A stretch of 63,048 bases of DNA, the filler included, from Squatina squatina (lineage: Eukaryota): assembly GCA_031763465.1 (NCBI GenBank). It is 4 parts of 4 records of this genome, joined end to end, with 100 filler letters (N's around TTAATTAATTAA, not from the genome) between each part and the next. Parts side by side here need not be neighbours in the genome. Positions count along the whole stretch, not along the records: positions 1 to 15,529 come from JARFOE010000007.1; 3 more parts are not named here. One strand, written 5' to 3'. This document shows positions 1 to 13,592 of the stretch, piece after piece; position 1 is the first letter of the stretch; each line of letters opens with the position of its first letter. Under the pieces are notes generated by a model. It had not been told where the DNA came from. It did no database searches and saw only the letters and a program-made list of their open reading frames with translations. Made by a program: the position numbers and the translations under genes.

Positions 1-804
1 TACTAATTTGTGGTTTGGTGTCAAAATGTTGTTTGAAAGTGCTCTCGACAAGTGCCCCGGGATGTTTTATGACGTTAAAGGCATGATATAATATGCAAGT
101 TGTTGTTTGGCCGACTCATCTGGCCAGTGCTGCCTTTGGCATAAGCAGACAAGTCTGTGTTACCAGCATCCGTATCACACAGAGTGTCGGAAAACAGCAT
201 TCTATAAATGCACAACCTTAAAATTATTAGCCAGTGGCAATCACTTATAAAGAAGTTCAGCCTGCTGTTTCCTATTGAATCAATGGCAATTACCGGGAAA
301 TGTCAGGACAGACTTTACTGGCCTTCAGAGGAGCTGCTTTTTATATCAGTGTTACCCAGACTGCAGAAGCATTTCTATTTACAGAGACCCCACAACCCTT
401 AATCCGGAAATCAACACGTAATCTAGATTAGGCATAACCATCACAATAACCAACGCACCCAACCCACCTCCGCCCTCCCCCACCATGCCGACATCACTGA
501 TTACACCCCGAGACCCGCACTCACCCTCCCCACACCTCCGACCCACCGACCCCACCCTCCTCCCAAGGCCATTACTTACCTTTGTGTTGTCAGCGTTCCA
601 AACTCCCTTCACTTATCTGATTGGAACTCCTCCTGCAGTGCCGTCTCTATAGGAATGAGGTCCGAGGCTCAATATCTGGGGCTTCTTGGACCTCACCATT
701 TGTGCGCAGGGTAACTGCCCTGCACGGTGGGTTGCTCCTGAATTTTGAGCCAATTATGTCTAACCTTGTAAATACTGTAAACATGTTTTCCTATTATGTT
801 TCAG

Positions 805-1898
805 GAGTCCTCATAAAGTCTTGCAATCCAGTAGTGTTCAGTTTTTACAATTATCTCCGTGCCCACCCCTTGCTGATGCGAAGACATTTTGCTTCCCCTG
901 AAGGCTCTTTGGCTGCTTTAGGACTTGCAACAGAGAAAAGCAGTGAAGATGAAATCAACCTTATTGAGAGGAAATTATTTTTCACCACAGCAAATGCTCA
1001 TTTTAAAGTTGGTTGCCCTGTCTTGGCTCTTGAGGTTCTGTCTAAAATCCCAAAGGTCATAAAAAACTCAAAAACATCCTTCAAAAGTGAAAATTGCAGG
1101 TTGAGTGTCGAAGACCAAAATGATGCTAAGACTGTAAGTGCAACGAAACATGAAGGAAACACTGAAAATGCAGACTGGTCACAGACTGTAACTGGTTTAT
1201 CTGGTCCGGACTGGGGAACTAGTAATTCTGCTGGCTTTGACTGGAGTGCGCCAGTAGTAACGTTTGCTGAAGAACCACTAAAACTTGAATGGGATGATAA
1301 AGAAGGTGAATTTGAAGAGGAGGATGCAGGTGGGTTGACCATGAAAGTTGCAGAAATAGAGCATATAGCTAAAGATGAGAAAAAAGGTGTTCCTGAAGAG
1401 TCTCAAACTCTTCCGAGAGAGGATTCCACTTCTGCTGACTCTCGGGTTGATGTAATAGCAGAGCAATTAAAATTCAGAGCGTGCTTGAAAATTCTAATGA
1501 CTGAACTTAGAACATTGGCTACAGGCTATGAAGTAGATGGAGGGAAGCTCCGATTTCAACTGTACAACTGGTTAGAAAAAGAGATCTATGCTATGCATCA
1601 AATCTGCAATTATAAAACTGAAGCAGACTCTGCTACTGAAATAGATAAAAATATCAGCTCATTTGACCAGGAAGAATTAACTGAGAATACAGAAGGAGCT
1701 TCATATGAGAGGCATCAAATTGATCGTCGGAGGCTGCAAGCAAAGCAAGAACATGCAGAAAGACGGAAATGGTGGCTGCGGAAAAATCAGGCTCTGCTTA
1801 GAGTGTTCCTAAGCTACTGCAGCTTGCATGGAGCTCAGGGTGGTGGCTTAGCCTCAGTCAGAATGGAACTTATCTTTCTATTACAAGAATCACAGCAG
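805..1898 (+). CDS. DMXL2: DmX-like 2 (rabconnectin-3 alpha), large internal exon
   Basis: tttcag| acceptor and |gtaaag donor. Open frame with ERKLFFTTANAHFKVGCPVLALEVLSKIP and DVIAEQLKFRACLKILMTELRTLATGYEVDGGKLRFQLYNWLEKE, typical of DMXL. The GLDN neighbour favours DMXL2 over DMXL1. Confidence 0.93.
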
Positions 1899-4800
1899 GT
1901 AAAGTACTCAAACTGCTCAGTAAATAAAGCAGACTGAAATACAGTCATAAGGTTTTAATTGTGAGAATCTAGAGGTCCTACTCACTGATGTATATGATGA
2001 AGTGACATACTATACCTCAGCATTACACATTTTTCAAATACAGCGGGTAAAATAGAGTGTCTTCCTATTTTCCACTTTTTTCTCTTTGCTCTTGAATTAT
2101 ATTCCACACCCCGAAAAAGAAAAAAGAATGGAATCTTCCACTTCCATGATAATATGAATATAGGTTGAGTAAGCTGATGCAAAACCAATTAGTGATTAGA
2201 TTGTTATCATTCATATTGATAATTGTATGATTGTTAAGATTTAGATAAGCATATGAGGGAGAAGGGAATAGAGGGTTATGCTGATGGATATAGATGAGGA
2301 AAGATGGGAGGAGGCTCGAGTGGAGCGTAAACGCCAGCATGGACTGGTTAGGCCGATGGCCTGTTTCTGTGCCGTATATCCTATATAAACCTATGATTTT
2401 TGTGGAGTAATGACACAAAGCAATTGAAATGCATATAATAATTTTTTGTAGTATCTGATCTGAATAATTCTGGGTTTAAAATGGTTACATACTTTCAATA
2501 GTTGTGTTATGAAGGACCAGAATTTGAGAGAAAATGCTGGCCTTTGTTTTGATGTAGCTGTGTAACAAGAGATCTGTCAGAACTATATCTTTTATACTCT
2601 ACAAGAGCAATGTCAAATTTACATGACTCATAACAGTAGGTAGCACTATTTTTGATACAACTGCTGGTTTAAAAGATAAAAGTTAGCAATCCATCAGTTT
2701 TTAAATTCTGCCTTTGAATTGAGATTTTTATCTTTATCATCCGGGCAAAGTGAAGAGTGGAAAATTGTGTGGAAAGAACGACACACTTGTAATGGAGCTT
2801 GCCTGACTTCATTTCTAACTCTCCTCTTTCCAGATAATTATACGTATGAATTTGATGTAAAGGTGTGGCCACATGAAGGACCCAGAATAAGTGATGAATT
2901 CCCACTCAACAATGTAAAATTAAATTATTTTGTTCATACTGTAAGTGGCAGCTTTTTAGCCAGAAATGCAGGTTTTAATGGATAAAGTAACACTTAAATC
3001 TTTGCCAGTAGGTAACTTTTTAAAATTTACATCCATGAATTCTTTCTGTTACAAGCAATTTTTCCACATTGGGGCTGAATTTGCGATCGGAGGCTTCCTG
3101 CGTGCGGATGCCTCCGATCGCAAATATCTCTACGAACTTGCCTGAGGGTCCGGGAGCCACGTAGATTTGCTGTCTTCTGCCTCCACAGTTGGNNNNNNNN
3201 NNNNNNNNNNNNNNNNNNNNNNNNNNNNNNNNNNNNNNNNNNNNNNNNNNNNNNNNNNNNNNNNNNNNNNNNNNNNNNNNNNNNNNNNNNNNCCTTCTCG
3301 CTCTATAATTATTTCTGTGTCTCTCTCGGTCATTTGGTTTGTGTTGTATTCTTTTCTCTCAATGGACAGCTCTCACACATTTCTCACAATAGGAGAATTT
3401 GCTTTTTAATGCTTTCCCAACAAGTTACGTTGGCCCTGTTTATAAACATTTAAAAAAAAATAACTCATGAAACCCACTACAGGAACAGGTGCCACTGCTA
3501 ATGGTTGAGCATCAATGCAGGCAGGTGATTTGTGTTGATCTCTGTTGTGCAGTCTGAGAGAGGTACTGTGGGAAGACGAGAAGGAAGCAAAGAAAGGATA
3601 AATAAAGTGTGCAAGACACCCAGGATCACTCTTGTGCACTGGTATAATGTCAAATTGTCTTTGGGTCTAGCATTGCATCCTGCAGAGTTTCAGTGCTATT
3701 ATGCAATCTCTTGATGGTAAATTCACCATCTTTATCTCCCAGTAGTGCATCTTGGCACAGATAGCATTCGTTTCCCTCAACTCCAGCCAACCACTCCCTT
3801 TCAGGTACATCTGGAGGTCCTGTACTTTAAACATCTGGTACTCCCAAGGGAAGTAAGCTGTTAAAATCAAAATTCTGTCTGGCCAATCAGTGGGAAATGT
3901 GTGTGGCATTCAAATTTGATTAGAATGGCGGCGACAAATGATTTATGAATGACCTTGCTATGTAGTTTACCAAAATAAATCAGATAACCAGATCTTGGAC
4001 ACTGCATAGGACTGATATCCAAAAATAACAGTTTTCAGCATTAAATTGTATTGCTATTGCTTCCATAAAGCAAAACTAAACCAACTTTGTCCCATGTTAT
4101 AAATAAATTTTTTTTTTTACACACTATTAATTTTATGCTGTCATTTATTTCAGTTCTTAACCAGGGTTTTAAATATCACTGCAGACAGCAAATGGGAATT
4201 TTGATATCTGGGATCTGAACAATATATGTCTGAATGAGAGCACAAGTTTAGTCCATATTGCTCGCTGAACCCACTGGAACTGATTTTTGGCGAAATAGTT
4301 TTCATATTTCAAATACCCTTGCACTCATTATTCTTTGCTACCCATTCGCCTTCCCTCCTCCCACCCTCCCACATTCTTTTGCCTCCCTTCTGTCCTGAAG
4401 GTGTTAACTCATGATGGGATACAGTCCCATAAGTGCTAGCAGCGCACTGGTGCTTCACTCAGAGTTTCTCCCTCAAGCTCACTGCTGAGATGCAGTTATG
4501 AAGGGCACTGAAAGAAAAGGAAGAGTGTACAGGCTACCCTATTGAACTGGCAAAAGTCGATGAACAGTTCCAAAAAGAGCAAACAACTTAGTTTGCAATC
4601 AAGAACTCAAAAACAGCCCTGTATGTGGGCCCTATGACCAGTGCCACTGGTTTAATGTGAACAAATTAGTTAAATTCTGTTTTATTTCAATGAATCCAAA
4701 ATTTTCACGAGCATTTCCTAATTTGGCCCCTTTTCTGTGACAGATACTTAAGGGCTTTCTCCGTGATATGAAAACAAATAGTTAAATTGAAAGTGCAGTG

Positions 4801-6010
4801 GGACATGAGCTTGTTGGAACTTAAGCTGTAGGTTTANNNNNNNNNNAAGTAAGGTGAATTTTAATCCATTTATCTCTCTAGGCCGAGCCAGCGTAGGACC
4901 CATGTGATACCCCAACCTCTGCATATGCGCAGAAACGTTTACCTTTCATGTACGCACAGAACTTCACCCATTCAATTATGTGTGAGACACCGTGTATACA
5001 CCACAAAAACATCTCTGGACATTCCAGAGAAACGTACCAAAGAGTGTATTGGTTGTAAAATTGTTGATCTCTATCAGCAAACACTGACAGGACTGGNNNN
5101 NNNNNNNNNNNNNNNNNNNNNNNNNNNNNNNNNNNNNNNNNNNNNNNNNNNNNNNNNNNNNNNNNNNNNNNNNNNNNNNNNNNNNNNNNNNNNNNNCCAT
5201 GATCATATTGACTGGCGGTGCAGGCTCGAAGGGCCTAATGGCCTACTCCTGCACCTATTTTCTATGTTTCCCCCACCCTGGATATTTCTTGGCTTTGTGT
5301 GTTTTTTTTTAAAGCAAGACATTCTTCTTAAACATAACAGGCATTGGAGAAAGATCCCTGCAATTATCTTAATTTCACCTTTGTGTGCAGCTCCTTTCTC
5401 AACTCACCCTTCAAAAAATTTTAAAATGCGACTCAGTGAAAATTACACTTTTGCATGCTTTTTAAAAAAAAACCTAGAATATAACTAATGACTATAACTG
5501 CTGTTTAAGTCCTGACAAGTCGATAGCTCACCCCACGCCCATTGTTACTACATTTATATGCCACATGTGAGGCCAATTGGTTTCAGTCTTCACATTAAAA
5601 AGAAGAATTTGGAATATTCTGAAATGCAATGTAATAAAAAAATTTTGAAATACAATGTAATAAATTTTGAAATACAATGTAATAAAAAGGAATCTAACTT
5701 ATTTAGTTGCTTTGGAGCAGTGGAATTAGTCATAGACCTTGATCCAGGGCTGTGTTTCAATTGTACTATTTTGACTTTTTTTTCGCATATATGATATTTT
5801 ACAAATTTTATGTCACAGTTGTAAAAATGTAGGATATACTAAGTAGGTTATTAGTAAAGAATCAGTATTTCGTTAACGTATTTCTTTCACCATGAAAAGG
5901 TTGTCCCATCTGTATCACTAGGAAGCTTTTACAGCATTTGAGTGCAATGTTAATCCATTATACGGCTGCACATATAATTATGTCTAATACTAATTTTACT
6001 CATCTGATAG

Positions 6011-6202
6011 GAAACTACTGTGAAACAGCTTCAGTCTCCTCTTCCTTTGCCGACCACTTTGCCCCTCCTTTCCGCAAGCGTAGCTTCAACCAAAACTGTG
6101 ATAGCCAACCCTGTCATGCATTTGAGTAACCACATCCATGATGTCTTGTACACAGTGGNNNNNATGAGTTTTCCACCTCTTCCAGGTCTTAAGGATGAAA
6201 AG
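6011..6202 (+). CDS. DMXL2: DMXL2 exon (contains a 5-N gap)
   Basis: atag|GAAACT...AAG|gtaac; ETTVKQLQSPLPLPTTLPLLSASVASTKTVIANPV, in phase with the preceding exon ending ...QESQQ. Confidence 0.92.
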
Positions 6203-6753
6203 GTAACAATTTTATTATGGCTTGCTGTCTTTGAAAGCACTAATAGTATTGGTTACAGTAGTTAGTTTACTTCTGAAGCTCATCCCAGTGGGGTTCATAT
6301 CCTCCTTTGAAGGAAGAAGATAGTTTTCTTTGGGTTCAAGATGACATGTCAACTGTAGTACATCAGGGCACGGTTGATGTCTGTCCAGCCAGTTTGGCTC
6401 ATTAGTGGGACTGAAAAAGGTAGACTTGTCGCTGTGGACTGGCATTCTTCCCACTTGGCTCCAGTTAGCTCTTAAAAAAAAATACACTGCCTTAATACGT
6501 AGGTGGTTCCTGAATAAACAAGCTGCAGACTGTGGTTTTAGCTGGTTAAATTTCCACAGTACCCCTGTGCATACTTGGGGATCATTTACCCTTGGCTTTT
6601 CCAACATGCTCCGAACATTGTTTTTAAGCATTGTATTTAGTAATTGAAGCACAATCTGCTGAAAGGATGAGGCAATACAGACTTTACTTAGATTAATGTG
6701 AAGTGTTTCCCCAGCTATCCTTTAACTTTTGAATGTATCGCATTCCTTATTAG

Positions 6754-6830
6754 GTTTTCATTCTGCACACTTTGGCAGCTTCACTCTCAGCCTGTATTTA
6801 CCAATCTCTATGTGACAGCCACAGCTACAG
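6754..6830 (+). CDS. DMXL2: DMXL2 exon
   Basis: ttag|...|gtaaat; VFILHTLAASLSACIYQSLCDSHSY. Confidence 0.9.
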
Positions 6831-7126
6831 GTAAATGTATTCATTATATTAACAGTTTTCAAACTGTGTAGTGGGGATAGAATGGTTCAGTCAGTTTTAC
6901 TGTTAGATGTCTTCACAAAGGAAAATGGTGCTTGAGATCCAATTGACTGATCCAGCTATTCTATAATAATCAAAAATGAATGTATGATACTTTAAATGAA
7001 TATCACCATGTTGGTTTCTATATAGTGATTCCGGAGTGGTTAGTTTGTCCTATTAATAAAACAACAAAATTTTGTCCTCAGTTTATAGAAGGGACTTTTT
7101 TTCAAATTATGGTTTTCTGTTAACAG

Positions 7127-7254
7127 TCAAGCAGCTACAAACCTGTTTACAGGAATGGTTTATCAGGGACTTCTGTTGGGTGAAAGACGTAGACTGCGGA
7201 CTGAAAGCATTGAAGAGCATGTAACTCCAAACTCTTCACCTTCACATTGGCCTG
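7127..7254 (+). CDS. DMXL2: DMXL2 exon
   Basis: aacag|...|gtaaga; FTGMVYQGLLLGERRRLRTESIEEHVTPNSSPSHWP, phase-consistent with both neighbours. Confidence 0.92.
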
Positions 7255-7427
7255 GTAAGATGGAAGAATGTGTTTGTAAGATTAAAATTTAATCAAATAC
7301 AAACCTTCTATTTTTTCTTCTTGATGACTGGTTATGTATGGACAAGATGGCAACTACTCACTTAAGGTACAAGAATGTTTTCTTCCTGCTTAACTAGTTA
7401 ATAATGTATCCCATTTGTTTGTTCCAG

Positions 7428-7503
7428 GTGTTTCATCACTGATTAATCTTCTTGGAACAGCTCAGGAAGATGATCAACCTAAATTGAATGTGTTGCTTTG
7501 TGA
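7428..7503 (+). CDS. DMXL2: DMXL2 exon, 3' end lost in gap
   Basis: ttccag|GTGTTTCA; VSSLINLLGTAQEDDQPKLNVLLC. Confidence 0.9.
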
Positions 7504-10500
7504 NNNNNNNNNNNNNNNNNNNNNNNNNNNNNNNNNNNNNNNNNNNNNNNNNNNNNNNNNNNNNNNNNNNNNNNNNNNNNNNNNNNNNNNNNNNNNNNNN
7601 NNNNNNNNNNNNNNNNNNNNNNNNNNNNNNNNNNNNNNNNNNNNNNNNNNNNNNNNNNNNNNNNNNNNNNNNNNNNNNNNNNNNNNNNNNNNNNNNNNNN
7701 NNNGTTCTGGGCTGGACTGAATGCGGACCCTGGACTCCATTGCCCAATTGGCTTGCCTTGAGGGTTGAATAAAATGTGACTTGTGCTGGTTTTTCATAAT
7801 TCAGAAAAGAAAGTCAAAGGGGTGGGGGTTCTATCCTAAGTTGTTAGGCTTGACACTGGCACCACAGCCAGATGCATAGTGGTCCTGTTCAACCTAGTTC
7901 TGTACTCCCTTTCTTCGTGTGCTCTCAGGATGGCGTAATCCATGGATGTTGCAACTTTCTAAATTATTTTTACACCTTTTATTAGGTTTCATTTGTTGAA
8001 TTGCTATTGATGGTGCTGGATGTTTTAAAATTGCATCTTTCATCCCATTTGGAAATAATTTTTTCCCCTCTTCTGGTTTGCAAGCTCTAAACTTTATTTT
8101 GACTGTTAGGAAAACTTAACAACTTCCTTTGCCCGTATGCTCTGTGTCTCATCTGTGATGGTGAGTTCCAGATGTTTTGCCAACAGTAAGATATCTGCAT
8201 TCAAAGTGGCAATAAAATCTTAAACTCTTCCCAGTCCCCATCCCTCAATCCTAGACAGTATTTATTGATTAGATGACCATTGACAGTGCTGAGTTCCCTT
8301 TCATAAGGGTGCAGTGGTTTAACTTTATTCAGCATAAAATGATTGAATAAAATAGTCATTTAAAAACAATAATCTTCAGTCACCAAGTAGTTGAGTTTGG
8401 TGAATATAAAGTCCATTGCAGAAGTATTTTTCCAGCATCAGCCGTGGCAGAATTAGCTGCCATTTAAATCTGAGGAGCAGGTATTTTTAAACAAAAACCT
8501 AATTTATGGTGCAGGTAAACCAAATATTTCAACTGTACCAAATTTGGATCAAAATGTTACCTTGAAGACGGAACCAGTAGCTGTGTCTGTGTCTCCCAAT
8601 TGTGAGACTGGGGCACAACACACACCAGGACTGGATGGTGAGTGGCAATGTTGGTTGCTGTGGAGTTTTGTGTGCATTTCTTAGTTTTGCACTTTTTCTG
8701 CTCTGTGTGTAACTTTCTTCTTCCTTCTCCTCTTCCTCTTCCNNNNNNNNNNNNNNNNNNNNNNNNNNNNNNNNNNNNNNNNNNNNNNNNNNNNNNNNNN
8801 NNNNNNNNNNNNNNNNNNNNNNNNNNNNNNNNNNNNNNNNNNAGCAGCCTCGTGGTTTTCAAACAAATTCAGGAAAAAAAAATGAAGCACATTCCAAGCT
8901 GAAATACCCATATAGATCAAGCAAGATATCTCCCAACAGATTCCAATAATCTGAGTACTTGTCGGTCAGTGCCCTTTAAATAGTGCTGGAACTGGCTATT
9001 TGCAACCTATGCCATCCAGGACCGCTGGACGAGTCTGGCTCTCAATGGGCCCCTTGCTAACTTAGATGACACTGACCCAATTGGCATATGTAGTAATTCC
9101 GGCTCCCTCTTGGTTTCAGCAAAAGTTCCGGCATTGGGCCGGAAGATGGCAGTAAGCTTTTTCTTTAGCGATTTTTGTCTCCCTGCCACACTATTCATTG
9201 CTGAAAAACAAGGAGCAAAATCAGCACTATTCCGTTAATGCCATGATAATATTTCAAACATGGAACATCAAAGAAATGAGGCAACCATACATTCTGAGTG
9301 ATACTGTGTGCCATTATTACATTGTGTTGCTAGGCTCTAAATAGCAGCCCGTGCAGCCATACTGAACTGGGATTTTACATTGGTAATGTTATGCATATCA
9401 TAAAAGTGTGATTGACGTGCTTGAAAAACTCAACTGTATCAGAAAACGTTTTCAAATGAATTGGCATAATTAAAATTCATTCAAGATAATTGTCAAAGTC
9501 AACTTTCATCTAGGGCAATCATTCCTTCCACATACTTGTACTGCATAGCACTACACTGTTAGCAGAAGAAATTGCGATTTTTTTTTCCACCGACCAGCAG
9601 TAACAGAGCCCCATTATTAGCAAATGCACGCAATGGGGAAAGACTGCAGGGAATGAAAGTTCAAAACATTCCTTTATTTTATTGACTGATGGCTTAAATA
9701 ACCAATCATAAGCTATTAAGCAATTTTATTTTCACAACTGGTTTCAGTTATGAATCACACATTATTACTGATAATTGAGTGAACCACACAGACTGATTTG
9801 ACCATCAGAGAGGTAATTTTGTCTGCACAAGCCATAATTTGATGAGCGAATGGCAAATGGTAGATATCCGGCTGGAACTCAAGGTCTTGTCATTTAATAT
9901 TGAGATTAAAAACAGCATAATTTGGAGTTTAGTGCAAGGCTGACATAATTGAGAGGTTCAGCAGTGTCTAATCATAATCACAAAACTATAGCGAATTAAC
10001 AAAATTATGTAACCCTGCTGTTTTATTGGGCATGCTATTTGGCTGTTGCCTGTAAACTGAAATTCACTGGGGTAATTTTAATACAACTTGCCAATGGAAA
10101 ACTGACTGGATCGGGTCAAACACAGATTTGACGGCTCGTCCGAATTTACTCTCCATTAATTTAAGGTGTAACTACTGGTGTAATGCTGATTTTGACTTGA
10201 ACTGTTGATAGAACTCCTGCAAAGTTTTTTTTAAACTGAAATAAACTTTGGGACTGCACTCTATCAGTTATTTAAAAGAATTTCATTTGCATTTGAATAG
10301 AATTTTGAGTTTGTACAAAATAGGGATTTTAATTGAGCTTCAATTGATTATCAGCTTTTGCATGAACTGATGTTCCCCTTTCACACCTAAACAAATATTT
10401 GTGTGGAATCAGTGCTAACTTTTATGCTTTTCATTTAAAAGCATATTTAAAGTTTTGGATTAATTTTAAATGTATTCCATGTTTATGGTGATTGAAACAA

Positions 10501-10718
10501 ACAGTATTAATAATTAGGACAATATAGACCTGTGTTTATATTTGAGTATAATGCTGGTCAAGTTTAGATGATGCCTCTTGAATGTCTTGGAATATTAATC
10601 TAAGAATCTTGGGAAGATAATGCTAAACTGAGCTATTTAGGTTTAGGTCAACCATTATTATATGCAATGACACTGTCAAAGATTTCTCTCAGCATTTCTA
10701 TCACATTGCTCTGAACAG

Positions 10719-10803
10719 TTCCTCCAGAAGACATTGACCGATATCGACGGAGATTTAACATGAAGATGTTGGTTCCTGGTAGACCTGTAAAAGAGACTTC
10801 AAC
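10719..10803 (+). CDS. DMXL2: DMXL2 exon, 3' end lost in gap
   Basis: aacag|; PPEDIDRYRRRFNMKMLVPGRPVKETS, resembling human EDIDKHRRRFNMRMLVPGRPVKD. Confidence 0.85.
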
Positions 10804-11256
10804 NNNNNNNNNNNNNNNNNNNNNNNNNNNNNNNNNNNNNNNNNNNNNNNNNNNNNNNNNNNNNNNNNNNNNNNNNNNNNNNNNNNNNNATTCCCCTAGA
10901 GACCAAAAATCTATCGATCTCAGCCTTGAATATATTCAACGACTCGGCATCCACAGCCTTCTGGGTTTGTGAATTCCAAAGTTTCATTTTTCTGAATGAA
11001 TATACTTGTAACCATAACGGTTATAAAATCCAGTTATTGATCAGCTTTTATGCCCCTATTGGTTAACATGGAAAATAACAAATGTCTCTGACAAATTCTG
11101 TACAAAACCAGTTGCAGAATAGTGGAGCAAAGTGCTCATTGAACACATTGTATCATTGAATTTAACCAGGAAAGCACAAATCTCATCAACTGCCATATAC
11201 TTTCGAAATTCTTCACCTGATCCCATTTTAATCCATTGTTGTATTTGTGCTTTAAG

Positions 11257-11393
11257 CCATTCCTACCTCCATCTGAGAGTGGATTTCTGTATGACTCAGA
11301 TGAAAGTATCCCTAGTGATGATGACGAGGACGATGATGATGCTTTTATTTCTGACACTCAGCTGCAAGAGCATTCAGATCCTAACTCTTACAG
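11257..11393 (+). CDS. DMXL2: DMXL2 exon (acidic stretch)
   Basis: tttaag|...|gttagt; PFLPPSESGFLYDSDESIPSDDDEDDDDAFISDTQLQEHSDPNSY. Confidence 0.9.
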
Positions 11394-12801
11394 GTTAGTT
11401 ACAAGGATCTGTGTTGCAATAACAATCACGTCATGCAATATTTAAATCTGTATATAAAAAGCCAATAGACAAAAGTCACTTGCAGAATTGTTTGTTTAAA
11501 CCTAGCTGCTTTAAGAGGCTTTTAGTATGTGTATATTTTATAAAATTGGCAGTGTATAATTCAGTTTCGAGTGGGATAAAGTGTAGGGGAAGTTCTTTCT
11601 ATTCCATTCTTTCTATTCAAAATATTTCCACTTTTTTATTTAAGTAAATGATGCTCTCTCCAGATGTCAGTTTTATCATTAACCTGGTGATTCTTGATGG
11701 GCTCCCTATTTCCTCGGCCTTTCCGCTGATAGTGATCAGGGTTTAGGCAGCGAAGGGAGAGGAAGATAGGGACATGAACAGACAATGTTCTGGAGTGAAA
11801 AGTATGGGCTTCATGACTGGATGTAGGATAACAAGATCATCCTGTTATTGAGCACAACGGTAAGTTTATGCACCACTACAATGACTTGACCAGGCAACCA
11901 GGAAGGTTGATGGAGCTGGAGCCAGAAACTTGTAAATGCTGGCCGGTACCAAAGAAGAATTTGCAAAGTTATAAACGGGGATTCCCAAGGCCAGATGGCT
12001 TCGGCTGGGCCGGTCTGACCCTCAGACTGGTCTAAAGACGCATCTGTGTCCTCCTCTTATTTGCAGTGGAGTTGTAAAGAAGTTCCTTACAATTTATTTC
12101 ATTGGAGTTACCTGGCACGGAGGATGGCTGTAGTTGGGAGTCTCCAATTTAGCCCTACTGTTGATGTTTTTTCAAAAAAATTGTGGACTAAGTAGTTGGT
12201 AATGCCAGTTGCATTTATTTTACAGATNNNNNNNNNNNNNNNNNNNNNNNNNNNNNNNNNNNNNNNNNNNNNNNNNNNNNNNNNNNNNNNNNNNNNNNNN
12301 NNNNNNNNNNNNNNNNNNNNNNNNNNNCCTTTTGCAAAGTCATTGTTGTGGATGTTCCACAACATTGTTCTTCATGTAGCTTCAGTTCAGTTCCATTCCT
12401 CTTGTTGAATGCAACTACCACAATCTCTGCAATATGAATATTTTGAACTACCACTCTTGGTTCCAATTGGTGAGCCACAAATCTAAATGTAGAATCCCAT
12501 CACCTGGATTTATGCTCCATATGTATTAAATTATTTGATGTACAACAGTTTGGTAAATGTGCCTAATTTGCATAAAAGAAAAAGGTTGAAACCTTTTGGT
12601 ATGAAGAGAGAAGGCAAAATTGAATGAATGAAGTTTATAGGAGATCAATCAATTTTCTCAATACAGTAAAGTAGCTGTTTTTGCCAATGTAATACTGCCA
12701 GGGTTTCATTTTTTAATTCAGTAAAAACATTTTATTCATTTTCGTTTTTTTTTATTTCTGTGCATGTGTAATGTGCTGTGACTGTGTGCTGTGTTGTGTA
12801 G

Positions 12802-12864
12802 TCAGTAGAAGACCATGTGGACCAAGTCAAACAAAACTGCGTAGCGGAACATCGTGGAAACAAG
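12802..12864 (+). CDS. DMXL2: Probable 63-nt (21 aa) frame-preserving DMXL2 exon
   Basis: tgtag|TCAGTA...AACAAG|gtagtc; SVEDHVDQVKQNCVAEHRGNK, phase 0-0, lying between identified DMXL2 exons. Confidence 0.6.
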
Positions 12865-13531
12865 GTAGTCGTATCCCTTACCCACCCCCTCATCTTTAGC
12901 AGCTGTTGTAAGTGCACTAGCTTCAACATCTTGTTTAATGGCGNNNNNNNNNNNNNNNNNNNNNNNNNNNNNNNNNNNNNNNNNNNNNNNNNNNNNNNNN
13001 NNNNNNNNNNNNNNNNNNNNNNNNNNNNNNNNNNNNNNNNNNNACCTTATCCCAGCAAGGATTCAACACCTTCAGGAGAGGAGGTGAGGGAAGAAAACGG
13101 AGAGAAAATTGATAACAGTTTAAGGAAAATAAAATATAAAGTGAATATTTGCTTCTTTCAATGTTTCAACTGTAGGTTGTTTTGGCTATTGTAGCTTTTT
13201 AAATTGTTTGTGTTTGATAATGCACTAGAACTTACTTCTTCTCGTTAATAAAATGAATACAATAATCAATAAATATATTAATTGTCAAAATGAGCATAAT
13301 TTCCACTATAAGCTGCTTTGCTCAGTAGAATGAAAAGCATATGGTATTTACCCACATATAACCGGTCAGGAATTCTCCCTTAAAAAATCATTAGGTAAAT
13401 TGGAAGAAATGTTGATGCAAAGACAATAAAGTGTACAATTGCATTTGTTTTCTGTATACTACATTGACATTTTAAAATTGATTCTGTGATGCTGCTCTTG
13501 TAAGTGGCTAATGTCTTTTTCCTCATTTTAG

Positions 13532-13592
13532 CTCATAAAGAGGAACTTGAACAATGTGAAAAGGATGACTTCCCATCCGGCTCACCGGTATT
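13532..13592 (+). CDS. DMXL2: DMXL2 exon at the start of the C-terminal WD40 region
   Basis: ttttag|...|gtgagt; LIKRNLNNVKRMTSHPAHRY. Confidence 0.9.

Noticed and set aside
621-804. N-terminal part of the 438-aa ORF as DMXL2 coding sequence
   Set aside because: It lies upstream of the acceptor at 804 with a non-ATG start, so it is intronic read-through.
12871-12880. GTATCCCTT as a U12 donor after the 63-nt DMXL2 exon
   Set aside because: Imperfect match to GTATCCTT, and no matching U12 branch point is seen downstream.
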